NCBI GenBank assembly: GCA_028707125.1
Contig: JAQTUX010000001.1
Span: 13,639 to 77,638, forward strand
Reading direction: 5' to 3'
Source of the DNA: Candidatus Omnitrophota bacterium
Lineage (GTDB): Bacteria; Omnitrophota; Gorgyraeia; Gygaellales; JAQTUX01
Length of the DNA stretch: 64,000 nucleotides
The first letter of the stretch is position 1. Every line of letters starts with the position of its first letter. The translations under genes were made by a program, and so were the position numbers. Of the stretch, positions 7,732 to 16,671 are shown piece after piece. A model generated the notes under the pieces. That model had not been told where the DNA came from, searched no databases, and saw nothing but the letters and a program-made list of their open reading frames with translations.

Positions 7732-10175
7732 ACCACTATATTGACTAATTTTCCGGGGATAATTATAATCTTCTTGAGGGGGGAATCTTTGACCCACTGC
7801 CTTACCTTCTCATCAGATAAAACGGCTTTCCTTAAATCCTCTTCGCTGATATCCGGGCTCACTTCAACTTTAGAACGCACCTTGCCGTTCACCTGCACTA
7901 TTATCGCCGCGATATCCGCCTTAAGCATGCCTTCCTCATAGGAAGGCCAGCCCGACTTAAAAACACTGCCTTTCTCGCCTAGCATCTGCCACATCTCCTC
8001 TGCCAGATGCGGGATAAACGGCGCCAGCAGACATACCAGAGCCCTTACAGCGGCTGATTCTGTCTTGCTCTTTATCTCCACCTTATCGCCCACGCTTTTA
8101 TATATCTCATTGACCAGTTCCATGCAGGCGGCGATACAGGTGTTGAATTTAAAACCGCCCTCCATATCATCGGTTATCTTCTTTATTACGCTGTGCGTCT
8201 TGCGGGCCAGATCCTTGTTATCCGGTCCTGCCTTGACGCGCGCCTGGCTTGAGGCCTCGACTAATCTCCAGAGCCTGCTCACAAATCTGCTGGAACCTTC
8301 TATGCCCCTGTCATCCCACTCAAGCTCTGCCTCAGGAGGCGCGGCAAACAAAATGAATAGCCTTAAGGTATCTGCCCCGTATTTCCCGATCACTCCGTCG
8401 GGGTCAACAACGTTACCGCGCGACTTGGACATGACCTCGCCTTCTTTCAAGACCATGCCCTGCGTAAGCAAGTTAACGAACGGTTCATTAAAATCTATCA
8501 GCCCCAGGTCCTTGAAAAATTTAGTGAAAAAACGGGAATAAAGAAGATGCAGTATGGCATGCTCTATGCCTCCGATGTACTGGTCAACCGGCATCCAGTG
8601 TTTGGCCTCGCCCTTGTTGAATATCTCTTTTTTGTCTTTTGGCGAGCAAAACCTCAGGAAATACCAGGAAGAATCAAAGAATGTCGCCATTGTGTCGGTC
8701 TCGCGGCGGGCAGCCGATCCGCATTTGGGGCATTTTACCTCAACAAAACTCTTCACCTTTCCTAACGGCGAACCGCCCTCGCCGCTGATCTTGACCTTCC
8801 TGGGCAGCTCAACCGGCAGGTCCTTCTCGGGAACCGGTACAATGCCGCATTTTGAGCAGTATATAATCGGGATGGGCGTGCCCCAGTAGCGCTGGCGGGA
8901 GATCAGCCAGTCGCGCAGGCGCCAGTTTACCACGCGCCTGCCAATGCCTTTTTGTTCCATCCATTCCGCGATCTTTACCTTTGCCTCGTTGTTGGGCAGT
9001 CCGTCAAACTGCGCTGAATTTACCTGAACACCGTCGGCCTCGTATGCCTCAGAAAGATCTTCTGCTCTGATATTCTGATCCTCTGATCCTCTGATAACTA
9101 TCCGCATGGGCAGATTGTGTTCTTTAGCAAATAGAAAATCCCTCTGATCATGCGTAGGCACCGCCATGATCGCGCCTGTGCCGTATTCCATAAGCACATA
9201 ATCGGCGATCCATATAGGTATCTCCTCGTTGTTCACCGGATTTATGGCGTAGGCGCCTGTGAATACGCCTTCCTTTTTTACGTCCTGCGAGGCGCGCGCG
9301 ACCTTCGTCTCTTTGGCTACCTTACTAATAAAGTCAAGATCCTGCTTCTCCTGCTGCCTGCCTTTTATGAGCTGTTTTACCAATGGATGCTCCGGAGCAA
9401 GCACGATGTAGGTCGCGCCGAAAATAGTATCCACGCGCGTGGTAAATACCGGGATCGTCTGGCCGCTGTCTTTTGCCTTGAAATATATCTCAACCCCCTC
9501 TGAACGGCCGAGCCAGTTTTTCTGCATCGCCACAACCCGCTCCGGCCATCTGCTCAACTGGTTTAAATCCTCTAATAATCTCTCCTGATATTCGGTGATC
9601 TTCAGATACCACTGCTCAAGCTCCTTCTGCGCCACTTCATTCTTGCAGCGCCAGCATCCTCCGTCTATCACCTCTTCGTTGGCAAGGGTTGTCTCGCAGG
9701 ACGGGCACCAGTTTACGCTTGAGGCCTTCCTGTAGGCAAGCCCGCGCTCAAACATCTTCAGAAATATCCATTGGTTCCAACGGTAATATTCCGGCAGGCA
9801 GGTGGAGATCTCCCTGCCCCAATCGTAGGAGAAGCCCATGCGCTTAAGCTCCGCCTTCATCCACTCAATACATTTAAGCGTCCAGGCCTCCGCGTCGGTA
9901 TTGTTTTTTATGGCGGCGTTCTCCGCGGGCTGGCCAAAGGCGTCAAAGCCGACAGGATGCAGGACGTTAAAGCCGCGCATCATCTTGTAGCGGGCGATCA
10001 CGTCGGCAATGGTGTAGTTGCGCACGTGGCCCATATGGATCTTCCCCGACGGATAAGGAAACATCTCCAGGCAGTAATATTTCTTCCTTTTACTATCCGG
10101 CCTTACGGAATATGTCTTATCCCTCTGCCAGCGCCTCTGCCATTTTTCTTCGATCTTTTTAAAATCGTATTTCAT
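7728..10175 (-). CDS. leuS: Leucyl-tRNA synthetase
   Basis: 815 aa with the HIGH motif HMGHVRNYTIADVIARY, the KMSKS motif (VMSKSRGNVVDP), and editing and zinc regions typical of LeuS. Confidence 0.95.
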   Translation of the reverse strand: MKYDFKKIEEKWQRRWQRDKTYSVRPDSKRKKYYCLEMFPYPSGKIHMGHVRNYTIADVIARYKMMRGFNVLHPVGFDAFGQPAENAAIKNNTDAEAWTLKCIEWMKAELKRMGFSYDWGREISTCLPEYYRWNQWIFLKMFERGLAYRKASSVNWCPSCETTLANEEVIDGGCWRCKNEVAQKELEQWYLKITEYQERLLEDLNQLSRWPERVVAMQKNWLGRSEGVEIYFKAKDSGQTIPVFTTRVDTIFGATYIVLAPEHPLVKQLIKGRQQEKQDLDFISKVAKETKVARASQDVKKEGVFTGAYAINPVNNEEIPIWIADYVLMEYGTGAIMAVPTHDQRDFLFAKEHNLPMRIVIRGSEDQNIRAEDLSEAYEADGVQVNSAQFDGLPNNEAKVKIAEWMEQKGIGRRVVNWRLRDWLISRQRYWGTPIPIIYCSKCGIVPVPEKDLPVELPRKVKISGEGGSPLGKVKSFVEVKCPKCGSAARRETDTMATFFDSSWYFLRFCSPKDKKEIFNKGEAKHWMPVDQYIGGIEHAILHLLYSRFFTKFFKDLGLIDFNEPFVNLLTQGMVLKEGEVMSKSRGNVVDPDGVIGKYGADTLRLFILFAAPPEAELEWDDRGIEGSSRFVSRLWRLVEASSQARVKAGPDNKDLARKTHSVIKKITDDMEGGFKFNTCIAACMELVNEIYKSVGDKVEIKSKTESAAVRALVCLLAPFIPHLAEEMWQMLGEKGSVFKSGWPSYEEGMLKADIAAIIVQVNGKVRSKVEVSPDISEEDLRKAVLSDEKVRQWVKDSPLKKIIIIPGKLVNIVV

Positions 10176-11020
10176 AGCGAAACCAGCCTGCGCACCGCCT
10201 CTACGTTGCGCCTGTCTTCCCCTTCTTTTCTTTTTGGAGTTTCCAATATAAACGGCACATCTCTCAACTTGGGATGATTGACGATCCTGGCAAAGCCCTC
10301 CAGGCCTATCCTGCCCTTACCTATGTGCTCATGCCTGTCGTAATGAGAGCTCAGCTTATCCTTCGTATCGTTAAGGTGTATCAATTTTATCTTGCGCGGG
10401 CCTATCAGGGAATCAATTTCTGAAAGCATCATTTCCAACCCCTCTTCGCTGGCGATATCGTATCCGGCGCAATAAGCGTGACAGGTATCAACGCATAAGC
10501 CGACGCGGCTTTTCTGCGCCACAGATGATATAACCTCTGCCTGATGTATGAACTTATACCCCAGCCAGCTGCCTGAACCCGACGTGTTCTCGAGCAGTAT
10601 GGTTACGCCCGTATCCTCGGTGGACTCAAGTATCCTGTTTATGCCCCTGATAAGCCGCTTCAGGCCCCGCCTCTCCCCTGACTTCTTATGGCTGCCCATA
10701 TGCGTAACAAGATACTGCGCGCCCAGGGCCTCTGCTTCGCGAATATCCGCTATATATGTCTTTATCGACTCGTAAAAAAGCTTATTAAAAGGTGAGGCCA
10801 AATTCGCCAGATACGGTATATGCACAAAAACCGGCCTGATCCGGCTCTGCTTGACCCTCTTCCTGAACTCCTCTATATCCTCTTTAGCTATGCTGCCGCG
10901 GCGCCATTCGCGGGGCGAGCGGGAAAATATCTGCATCGTGTTGATTTTAAGCGCGTTGGCCCTGTCAACCGCCTCGTAAATCTTCCCCGCGATAGAAACG
11001 TGAACCCCCAGCCGCAGCAT
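10172..11020 (-). CDS. nfo: Endonuclease IV (AP endonuclease family 2)
   Basis: 282 aa. MLRLGVHVSIAGKIYEAVDRANALKINTMQIFSRSPREW and HIPYLANLASP are characteristic Nfo TIM-barrel motifs. Confidence 0.9.
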   Translation of the reverse strand: MLRLGVHVSIAGKIYEAVDRANALKINTMQIFSRSPREWRRGSIAKEDIEEFRKRVKQSRIRPVFVHIPYLANLASPFNKLFYESIKTYIADIREAEALGAQYLVTHMGSHKKSGERRGLKRLIRGINRILESTEDTGVTILLENTSGSGSWLGYKFIHQAEVISSVAQKSRVGLCVDTCHAYCAGYDIASEEGLEMMLSEIDSLIGPRKIKLIHLNDTKDKLSSHYDRHEHIGKGRIGLEGFARIVNHPKLRDVPFILETPKRKEGEDRRNVEAVRRLVSL

Positions 11021-11057
11021 TATGGAACAATTATATCACGCCGTCACAAGAAATCTT

Positions 11058-11108
11058 AAACTTTTTTGCAAGTAAAACGCTGATTCTTACGTCTTATATA
11101 GTAGAGGG
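11058..11108 (+). promoter_or_regulatory. Conserved promoter/leader cassette copy B upstream of the ORF6N gene
   Basis: AAACTTTTTTGCAAGTAAAACGCTGATTCTTACGTCTTATATAGTAGAGGGGGTGAAAAAATG, followed by the ATG at 11118. Confidence 0.5.
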
Positions 11109-11117
11109 GGTGAAAAA

Positions 11118-11684
11118 ATGGTTGATTATGCTACAGAGGCTGTTTCTGGAATGATCCTGGAAGCAAGAGGCCAAAAGGTAATGCTGGACAAGGATTTAGC
11201 GGTGCTTTATGGTGTAAAGACAAAAAGGCTGAATGAACAAGTCAGAAGAAACAAAGACAGATTTCCCGAAGATTTCATGTTTCAGCTTACAAAAGAAGAG
11301 GCCCTGAACTTGAAATCGCATTTTGCGACTTCAAGTTTAAGGTCGCAATTTGCGACCTTAAACAGTATTAAACCGGAGGACTCTAAAAGAGGCAAACATA
11401 TCAAGTACCTACCACTAGCCTTTACAGAACAGGGTATTGCTATGCTCTCAAGCGTGCTCAATAGCAAACGAGCAATACAGGTTAATATATTGATTATGAG
11501 GGCATTTGTTCAGTTGAGACGCGTGCTTCTAACTCATAAGGAATTGGCGGTAAAGATTGAGGCATTGGAAAGGAAATACGCGGAACATGATAAAACCATC
11601 AAATCAATATTTGAAGCAATTAAACAATTATTGGAACAACCTGGGGAGAAAGAGAAAAGAAGGATTGGTTTTCATGATACTTAA
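11118..11684 (+). CDS. ORF6N-domain protein (phage antirepressor-like DNA-binding family)
   Basis: 188 aa. The N-terminal segment ARGQKVMLDKDLAVLYGVKTKRLNEQVRRNKDRFPEDFMFQLTKEE matches the ORF6N/KilA-N-like fold family. The C-terminus is coiled-coil. Confidence 0.7.
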   Translation: MVDYATEAVSGMILEARGQKVMLDKDLAVLYGVKTKRLNEQVRRNKDRFPEDFMFQLTKEEALNLKSHFATSSLRSQFATLNSIKPEDSKRGKHIKYLPLAFTEQGIAMLSSVLNSKRAIQVNILIMRAFVQLRRVLLTHKELAVKIEALERKYAEHDKTIKSIFEAIKQLLEQPGEKEKRRIGFHDT

Positions 11685-11812
11685 CGAACCCGTTGCCTTG
11701 TGCGGATGAAAGGCACTACGCTCGCTATTTTGCTTGTTGGATAGGTCCTTCGTCGCTCGCTTACGCTCGTTCCTCAGGACCATTTTTCCCGATGGGTAAA
11801 CTAGAGGAAAAA

Positions 11813-11885
11813 TGGAGCTGGAGGGATTTGAACCCTCGACCCCTTGCATGCCATGCAAGTGCTCTCCCAGCTGAGCTACAGCCCC
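11813..11885 (-). tRNA. tRNA-Ala (anticodon GGC)
   Basis: Minus strand reads GGGGCTGTAGCTCAGCTGGGAGAGCACTTGCATGGCATGCAAGGGGTCGAGGGTTCAAATCCCTCCAGCTCCA and folds as a cloverleaf. The anticodon loop is AUGGCAU, and the G3:U70 Ala identity pair is present. CCA is not encoded. Confidence 0.85.
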
Positions 11886-11958
11886 AAAAATTCTACCTGT
11901 ATAAAATGCCGGAATTTTTGGATTAAATAAAGCGGAACTAAGATTTAAGAGCTAAGAA

Positions 11959-12381
11959 CTAAGATAAATTCAGATACTTTACCAGCTTGTCCCAGGTGCG
12001 GCTGCCCATTACTCCGTCGGCATTCAGGCCGTTTGCCTCCTGGAATTTCTTTATCGCCTCTTTGGTGGCCGTGCCTATCTGGCCGTCTATCGGGCCTGTA
12101 TAGAAGTTGGCGTTCTTTAATGCCTGCTGGATTTCCGCTGCCGTGGGCATTTTTATAACTACCTCCTTCTCTATTTTGGGCACGGCAGTCAATTCTTTCT
12201 CTATGGCCCCTATCTTGTCTTTTAAGGCGATATTCTCTGCTTCCATCTCTTTTATCCGCGCCTGCAGCGAGGCCATTTGCTCCGATTGCGCGGCAAGCTG
12301 CTCCTCTTTTTTATTATCCAAAGTAACACAACCAGACATCAATAAAGCCAAAATAAACAGGAAAAAAGCGCTCTTTTTCAT
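11959..12381 (-). CDS. Lipoprotein with coiled-coil and C-terminal peptidoglycan-binding (PG_binding_1) domain
   Basis: The likely start is MKKSAFFLFILALLMSGC (lipobox LMSGC). The long ORF-track start at 12540 overlaps tRNA-Leu, so that N-terminal extension was rejected. The C-terminus YTGPIDGQIGTATKEAIKKFQEANGLNADGVMGSRTWDKL is a PG-binding repeat. Confidence 0.65.
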   Translation of the reverse strand: MKKSAFFLFILALLMSGCVTLDNKKEEQLAAQSEQMASLQARIKEMEAENIALKDKIGAIEKELTAVPKIEKEVVIKMPTAAEIQQALKNANFYTGPIDGQIGTATKEAIKKFQEANGLNADGVMGSRTWDKLVKYLNLS

Positions 12382-12482
12382 CGATCTCCTTTCTTTGAAA
12401 AGCTTATTATATCTATTTTTTACCTGTTTGACAAACGGTATTTTCAATGCTATATTCCTATTTATCTCGTATATTTTATGTT

Positions 12483-12565
12483 GCCGAAGTGGCGGAATGG
12501 CAGACGCGGTAGCCTCAAAAGCTATTGAGGGCAACCTCATGAGAGTTCAAGTCTCTCCTTCGGCA
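12483..12565 (+). tRNA. tRNA-Leu (anticodon CAA), class II with long variable arm
   Basis: GCCGAAGTGGCGGAATGGCAGACGCGGTAGCCTCAAAAGCTATTGAGGGCAACCTCATGAGAGTTCAAGTCTCTCCTTCGGCA has a 7-bp acceptor stem, anticodon loop CUCAAAA, variable stem-loop GAGG-GCAA-CCTC and T-arm GAGAG-TTCAAGT-CTCTC. It closely resembles E. coli tRNA-Leu. Confidence 0.85.
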
Positions 12566-12578
12566 TTAACAAAATAAC

Positions 12579-13271
12579 ATGGCAGAAAATAAAACAACCT
12601 ACCAATGGAGCCCAGAATTAGCCTATATTGTAGGCCTGATAACTACTGACGGTTCCCTCTCTTGTGATAGGCGCCATATTACTATGGTATCGCGTGACTT
12701 ACAACTGCTTAAAACTTTTCGTAAGTGCCTCAACCTAAGAAACCGGATAAGCAAACGCAAACAATACAAAAACCGCCCAAACCCTAATTATCAAGTCACC
12801 TTCGGTAATGTATCTTTTTATCACTGGCTACAGAAAATTGGATTAATGCCTAATAAAACCTATAATCTCAAGGAACTTTTAGTGCCAAAAAATTACCTTG
12901 CAGATTATCTTCGCGGGTTTATAGATGGTGATGGTTCAATTTTTACTTATGCCGATCGATATATGTGCTATAAAGGAAAACACTATACATACAAACGCCT
13001 TTATGTCGCATTTAATTCCCTAAGTAAAATACATCTATCTTGGATAAAATCCAACTTAGAAGTACTGTTGGGATTGAAGGGCGGATTCGCTAAGTGGAGC
13101 AATAAACATAGCACCGCGCCTCTCTGGACTCTGCGGTATGCTAAAAATGATTCGCTTAAATTGCTTCCCTGGATTTATTATAAAGAGGATTTACCTTGCC
13201 TTAAACGCAAAAGAAAAATTGCCGACAGATTCTTAAGAAACTTGCGAGTTAATTCCGATTTACAAAATTAA
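12579..13271 (+). CDS. LAGLIDADG homing endonuclease (two-motif, single-chain)
   Basis: 230 aa with two LAGLIDADG motifs, LAYIVGLITTDGSL and LRGFIDGDGSI, about 100 aa apart. It starts 14 nt after the tRNA-Leu 3' end. Confidence 0.85.
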   Translation: MAENKTTYQWSPELAYIVGLITTDGSLSCDRRHITMVSRDLQLLKTFRKCLNLRNRISKRKQYKNRPNPNYQVTFGNVSFYHWLQKIGLMPNKTYNLKELLVPKNYLADYLRGFIDGDGSIFTYADRYMCYKGKHYTYKRLYVAFNSLSKIHLSWIKSNLEVLLGLKGGFAKWSNKHSTAPLWTLRYAKNDSLKLLPWIYYKEDLPCLKRKRKIADRFLRNLRVNSDLQN

Positions 13272-13320
13272 TCCTGATTCTCTCCCTCGGCACTAAATTG
13301 GGTAAGGCAGGCTGATAAAT

Positions 13321-13662
13321 TCATTTACCCTGGCTGTGTCTGTATTTTATTACTCTTACTTTCTCCAACGTAACCAGCCCCTCCGTTACCGCTTCATCAA
13401 GGAAAGGGATAAGTTTATTAAGGTTTTCTTCGGTATCTACCAGTTCAACGACTATCGGCAGATCTTCAGAGAGGCGTAATAGCTTTGCCGTATGCATGCG
13501 GCTGTCCGCGCCAAAACCCATAATTCCACGGATCACCGTAGCGCCTGCCAGATTAAGTTCCCTCGCCTTAAGGACGATCTGCTCATAGAGCGCTTTGCCC
13601 TTGTATTGATCCGTCTCTCCGACAAAGATACGCAATAACATCCCTTCTTCAGGCAGTTTCAT
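13321..13662 (-). CDS. DUF190/UPF0166 protein (CrcB-associated, PII-like fold)
   Basis: 113 aa (LLRIFVGETDQYKGKALYEQIVLKARELNLAGATVIRGIMGFG...) matching the DUF190 family that is routinely co-encoded with crcB. Confidence 0.75.
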   Translation of the reverse strand: MKLPEEGMLLRIFVGETDQYKGKALYEQIVLKARELNLAGATVIRGIMGFGADSRMHTAKLLRLSEDLPIVVELVDTEENLNKLIPFLDEAVTEGLVTLEKVRVIKYRHSQGK

Positions 13663-14058
13663 TTACGCCACCCCCTTCAGATTAGCCATCAGGAACCTGG
13701 CCGCCGCAAAACCGGCAAAGACCAAAGCTATGCCGATAATATTGGATGCCAGGATATTGATAACGGCGATCTTGAATTCGCCATCCCGGATCAGATTAAA
13801 ATTTTCCAAACTGAACGTTGAAAAAGTGGTGAACCCTCCGAGGATGCCGATAAATATGAACATTCTTACGGTCGGCGCGACTGCCAACCGCTCAAAAATA
13901 CCCCATAAGAATCCGATCACCAGAGAACCCGCGAGATTTACTACGAGCGTGCTTACGGGAAAGACTCCGTTTGAAAATCTGTAGTCAATGCCGGAAGCGA
14001 TATACCTGAGAAGCGTCCCCGCGGCTCCGCCTAAAGCGATAAAAAATAACCTCAACAT
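13663..14058 (-). CDS. crcB: Fluoride ion channel CrcB/FluC
   Basis: 131 aa with 4 TM helices. MLRLFFIALGGAAGTLLRY and GFTTFSTFSLE are CrcB signatures. Confidence 0.9.
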   Translation of the reverse strand: MLRLFFIALGGAAGTLLRYIASGIDYRFSNGVFPVSTLVVNLAGSLVIGFLWGIFERLAVAPTVRMFIFIGILGGFTTFSTFSLENFNLIRDGEFKIAVINILASNIIGIALVFAGFAAARFLMANLKGVA

Positions 14059-14077
14059 AAGTTGACCCCTCCTTCTT

Positions 14078-14136
14078 TATCCGGTAGGAGTTATCAGCCC
14101 TGTTGAGGCGGTTAAGAGGCAAACCCCATTGCCTGC
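14078..14136 (-). promoter_or_regulatory. Fluoride riboswitch (crcB RNA motif) in 5' leader of crcB
   Basis: Minus strand reads GGCAAUGGGGUUUGCCUCUUAACCGCCUCAACAGGGCUGAUAACUCCUACCGG. It aligns with the crcB-motif consensus and with the Thermotoga petrophila aptamer (GGCGAUGAGGCCCGCCCAAACUGCCCUGAAAAGGGCUGAUGGCCUCUAC). The P1 helix GGCAAUGGGGUUUGCC, AACCGCC, and GGCUGAU...CUCCUAC are all present. An RBS AAGGAGGGG and the crcB ATG follow. Confidence 0.8.
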
Positions 14137-14208
14137 TTTTGAATGCCTTGGAAAAAATCAGATATCGCTCATTATTATATTATTTCTTTTCCGGATCGCA
14201 ATACAAAT

Positions 14209-15297
14209 TTAACAACCTGTGGCAAACCACTCCCTTGTTCTAAGGCAGACCCTGACCAGCAACAACATGACAGGCACTTCTATAAGCACGCCGACTACGG
14301 TTGCCAGGGACGCCCCGGACGACAAGCCGAATAATACCGTAGACGTGGCTATAGCCACTTCAAAATGATTGCTGGCGCCGATAAGCGCGGACGGGGCAGC
14401 GTCCCGATATCCCAACTTCAGCCATTTCGCCAGCAGATATGTGATCGCGAATATCAGGCAGGTCTGTATGAGGAGCGGCACGGCGATAAGAAAAATAACC
14501 TGCGGCTGGCTGATAATCAAATCACCCTTAAATGAGAATAAAAGTATCAGCGTAACCAGCAGCGCTGCTATGGATACCTCTGTCAAATAATGTATAAATC
14601 TTTCCTCAAACCATTTAAATCCCTTTTTGGCAATAATCCATTTGCGCGAATAATACCCTAAAAGCAGGGGCAGGCCCACATAAATTACTACCGATAACAC
14701 TATTGTCTGCCAGGGTATGGGCATCTTATTCACCCCTAAAAGCCAGCCGCCCAGCGGGGCATAGAGGAAAAGCATGGTCAGCGAATTGATCGCCACCATA
14801 ACCAGCGTGTGGCCGCCGTTGCCTCTGGATAGATGGCCCCAAATAAGCACCATCGCGGTGCAGGGGGCGATGCCCAGCAGTATGCAGCCGGAGATATACG
14901 AACGGTAAAGTTCAACTCGCGAGCCGTCTTTGATAATTTCCAACCCGGGAAGCCAGCCCTTGAAGATCCCGCCTAAAAACAGCGTGGCGATGGCAAGCAT
15001 GGTAAACGGCTTGATGCACCAATTGACAAACAATGTCAATATAACCGGCTTCGGCGCCTTGCCTGCCTTGACAACCTCGGCAAAATCTATCTTTACCATG
15101 ATCGGGTACATCATAAAAAACAGGCATACCGCTATAGGGATGGATACCTGGTAAACAGAAAAACTGTCCAGCCGCACTGCCAAAGCCGGGAACAACCTTC
15201 CCAGCAGGATGCCCGCGCCGATACATCCGGCAACCCACAAGGTAAGATATTTCTCAAAAAAACTTAAACGGCGCTCTTCATGGATGATGTGCTCCAT
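14209..15297 (-). CDS. acr3: Arsenite efflux transporter, ACR3 family
   Basis: 362 aa with 10 TM helices. [29 protein letters not shown]...[13 protein letters not shown]...[12 protein letters not shown] closely matches Acr3/ArsB (BART superfamily) signatures. Confidence 0.85.
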   Translation of the reverse strand: MEHIIHEERRLSFFEKYLTLWVAGCIGAGILLGRLFPALAVRLDSFSVYQVSIPIAVCLFFMMYPIMVKIDFAEVVKAGKAPKPVILTLFVNWCIKPFTMLAIATLFLGGIFKGWLPGLEIIKDGSRVELYRSYISGCILLGIAPCTAMVLIWGHLSRGNGGHTLVMVAINSLTMLFLYAPLGGWLLGVNKMPIPWQTIVLSVVIYVGLPLLLGYYSRKWIIAKKGFKWFEERFIHYLTEVSIAALLVTLILLFSFKGDLIISQPQVIFLIAVPLLIQTCLIFAITYLLAKWLKLGYRDAAPSALIGASNHFEVAIATSTVLFGLSSGASLATVVGVLIEVPVMLLLVRVCLRTREWFATGC

Positions 15298-15306
15298 AAG
15301 ACCTCC

Positions 15307-15996
15307 TTAGAAGAACTTTAATACGTAGGCCACCATATAATATACTCCCACTAACACGAATGTTAATCCGGTAACTATTCGCATATAATGCTCTAACCTT
15401 GTCAGCTTATGGAACCAATGGCTTAATGAAGTAACGCCCGCGGCAATGGCAACAGCAAAAATTAACACCGGAATTCCTGTGCCAATTCCATAAATAAAGG
15501 GCAACGTTACCCCAAATTTAGATTGAAGCGCAAGCGGAATGAGACTGCCGAAAAAAAGCGCCGCTGATACCGGACAAAACGCGAGGGCAAATATTGCTCC
15601 TAATAAGAATGCTCCCGGGACACCGGCTTCAACAAGTTTATTGTGATGCTTTTGGGACAGCGATAACCCCGGAAAATTTATCTTAATTACATCCAGCAAT
15701 ATTAACCCCGTAACAATCAGAATAGGCCCTAAGGCTTTGACCATATATTTCTGTAAGAACTGCGCTACCAGAGGAATACTCAAGATTGAGTTGATAAGAA
15801 TAAACCCGAGTATCGCATAGGTGATCATTCTCCCTAATGTATATGCGATACCGGAAAGTAAAACAAAAAAGGGGTGGGCTATCTTCTTGGATAAAAACGA
15901 TATGGCTGCCACATTGGCGGCTAAAGGACAAGGGCTGATAGATGTCAAAATCCCCAGCCACAATGCCGATGCAAAACCTATAAATATCTCTGTCAT
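15307..15996 (-). CDS. CcdA/DsbD-family transmembrane thiol-disulfide electron transporter (cytochrome c biogenesis transmembrane region)
   Basis: 229 aa with 6 TM helices. It has an SPCPL motif in TM1 and a second Cys in a later TM (FCPVSA), as in the DsbD_2/CcdA family. Confidence 0.65.
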   Translation of the reverse strand: MTEIFIGFASALWLGILTSISPCPLAANVAAISFLSKKIAHPFFVLLSGIAYTLGRMITYAILGFILINSILSIPLVAQFLQKYMVKALGPILIVTGLILLDVIKINFPGLSLSQKHHNKLVEAGVPGAFLLGAIFALAFCPVSAALFFGSLIPLALQSKFGVTLPFIYGIGTGIPVLIFAVAIAAGVTSLSHWFHKLTRLEHYMRIVTGLTFVLVGVYYMVAYVLKFF

Positions 15997-16421
15997 TCAG
16001 CTTCCTTCAAAAAAACGGCGACCCCGCTCTTTACATAATCTATAAATCTCTGCTTATTGCCGGCATACTCCCAAATCTTATCAAGATTTTTCCATTTAAT
16101 TTCCTTGCCGTCTTTGACTAGAGATAAAATAAGCGATTTGGTGTAAAGCTTGTATTCGCTCGCGTAATGCTCGTTGCCTTGGTTTTCTACATTTATAACC
16201 TTAAACTCCAGCTCCCCGGAGGAAAGAGCATCCTTAAAATTATCCTCTATGGCTTCCTTTGAATACTGTTCCAACTTATGGCAGGTAGGGCAGCGGAAGT
16301 CCCCATGGAAGTAATACGCGATAACGCGGCCGGCTGGTTTATCGCCGGCACCCTGCGCAAAAGCAGAACTACCGTAAAGAAAAACCGATAAAATAAAAAG
16401 TAGCGTGCAAATCTTGCGCAT
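15993..16421 (-). CDS. Secreted thioredoxin-like protein (CxxC = CPTC)
   Basis: It has a signal peptide MRKICTLLFILSVFLYGSSAFAQ followed by YYFHGDFRCPTCHKLE, a thioredoxin-type WCxxC region. It overlaps the ccdA-like gene by 4 nt. Confidence 0.5.
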   Translation of the reverse strand: MRKICTLLFILSVFLYGSSAFAQGAGDKPAGRVIAYYFHGDFRCPTCHKLEQYSKEAIEDNFKDALSSGELEFKVINVENQGNEHYASEYKLYTKSLILSLVKDGKEIKWKNLDKIWEYAGNKQRFIDYVKSGVAVFLKEAE

Positions 16422-16658
16422 TTAATTCACCGAGATCCATTTTTTTATTTCATCCGGAGCGGGAATCCTGCCCGCGGCTTTTATTTGGCCATCTATGGCA
16501 ATAGCCGGGGTTGACATAAGCCCGTAATCCGTAATTTTCTGTATGTCTTCTACTTTCACTACATCTGCCTGCGCATTTGCTTCTTTTACCGCGGTTTGCG
16601 CGTTCTCATAAAGTTTCTTGCATTTTGGGCAACCCATACCTAAAATTTCGATTTTCAT
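16422..16658 (-). CDS. Small thioredoxin-family protein (redox-active disulfide protein 2-like, CPKC)
   Basis: 78 aa, MKIEILGMGCPKCKKLYENAQ...MSTPAIAIDGQIK, a family frequently found in ars operons. Confidence 0.7.
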   Translation of the reverse strand: MKIEILGMGCPKCKKLYENAQTAVKEANAQADVVKVEDIQKITDYGLMSTPAIAIDGQIKAAGRIPAPDEIKKWISVN

Positions 16659-16671
16659 CTTATCCTCACTT

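Noticed and set aside
11693-11926. 77-aa plus-strand ORF overlapping tRNA-Ala
   Set aside because: Fully overlaps a well-folded tRNA on the opposite strand and has no protein-family features. It is a spurious ORF.
12382-12540. N-terminal 53-aa extension of the lipoprotein ORF (track start at 12540)
   Set aside because: The extension overlaps tRNA-Leu(CAA). A signal peptide and lipobox begin at the internal Met (MKKSAFFLF...LMSGC), so the shorter start at 12381 was used.
12483-12565. Possibility that tRNA-Leu is split by a group I intron carrying the LAGLIDADG gene
   Set aside because: The tRNA folds completely (acceptor, D, anticodon CAA, long variable arm, T arm) and is continuous. The endonuclease gene lies downstream of the 3' end, not in the anticodon loop.
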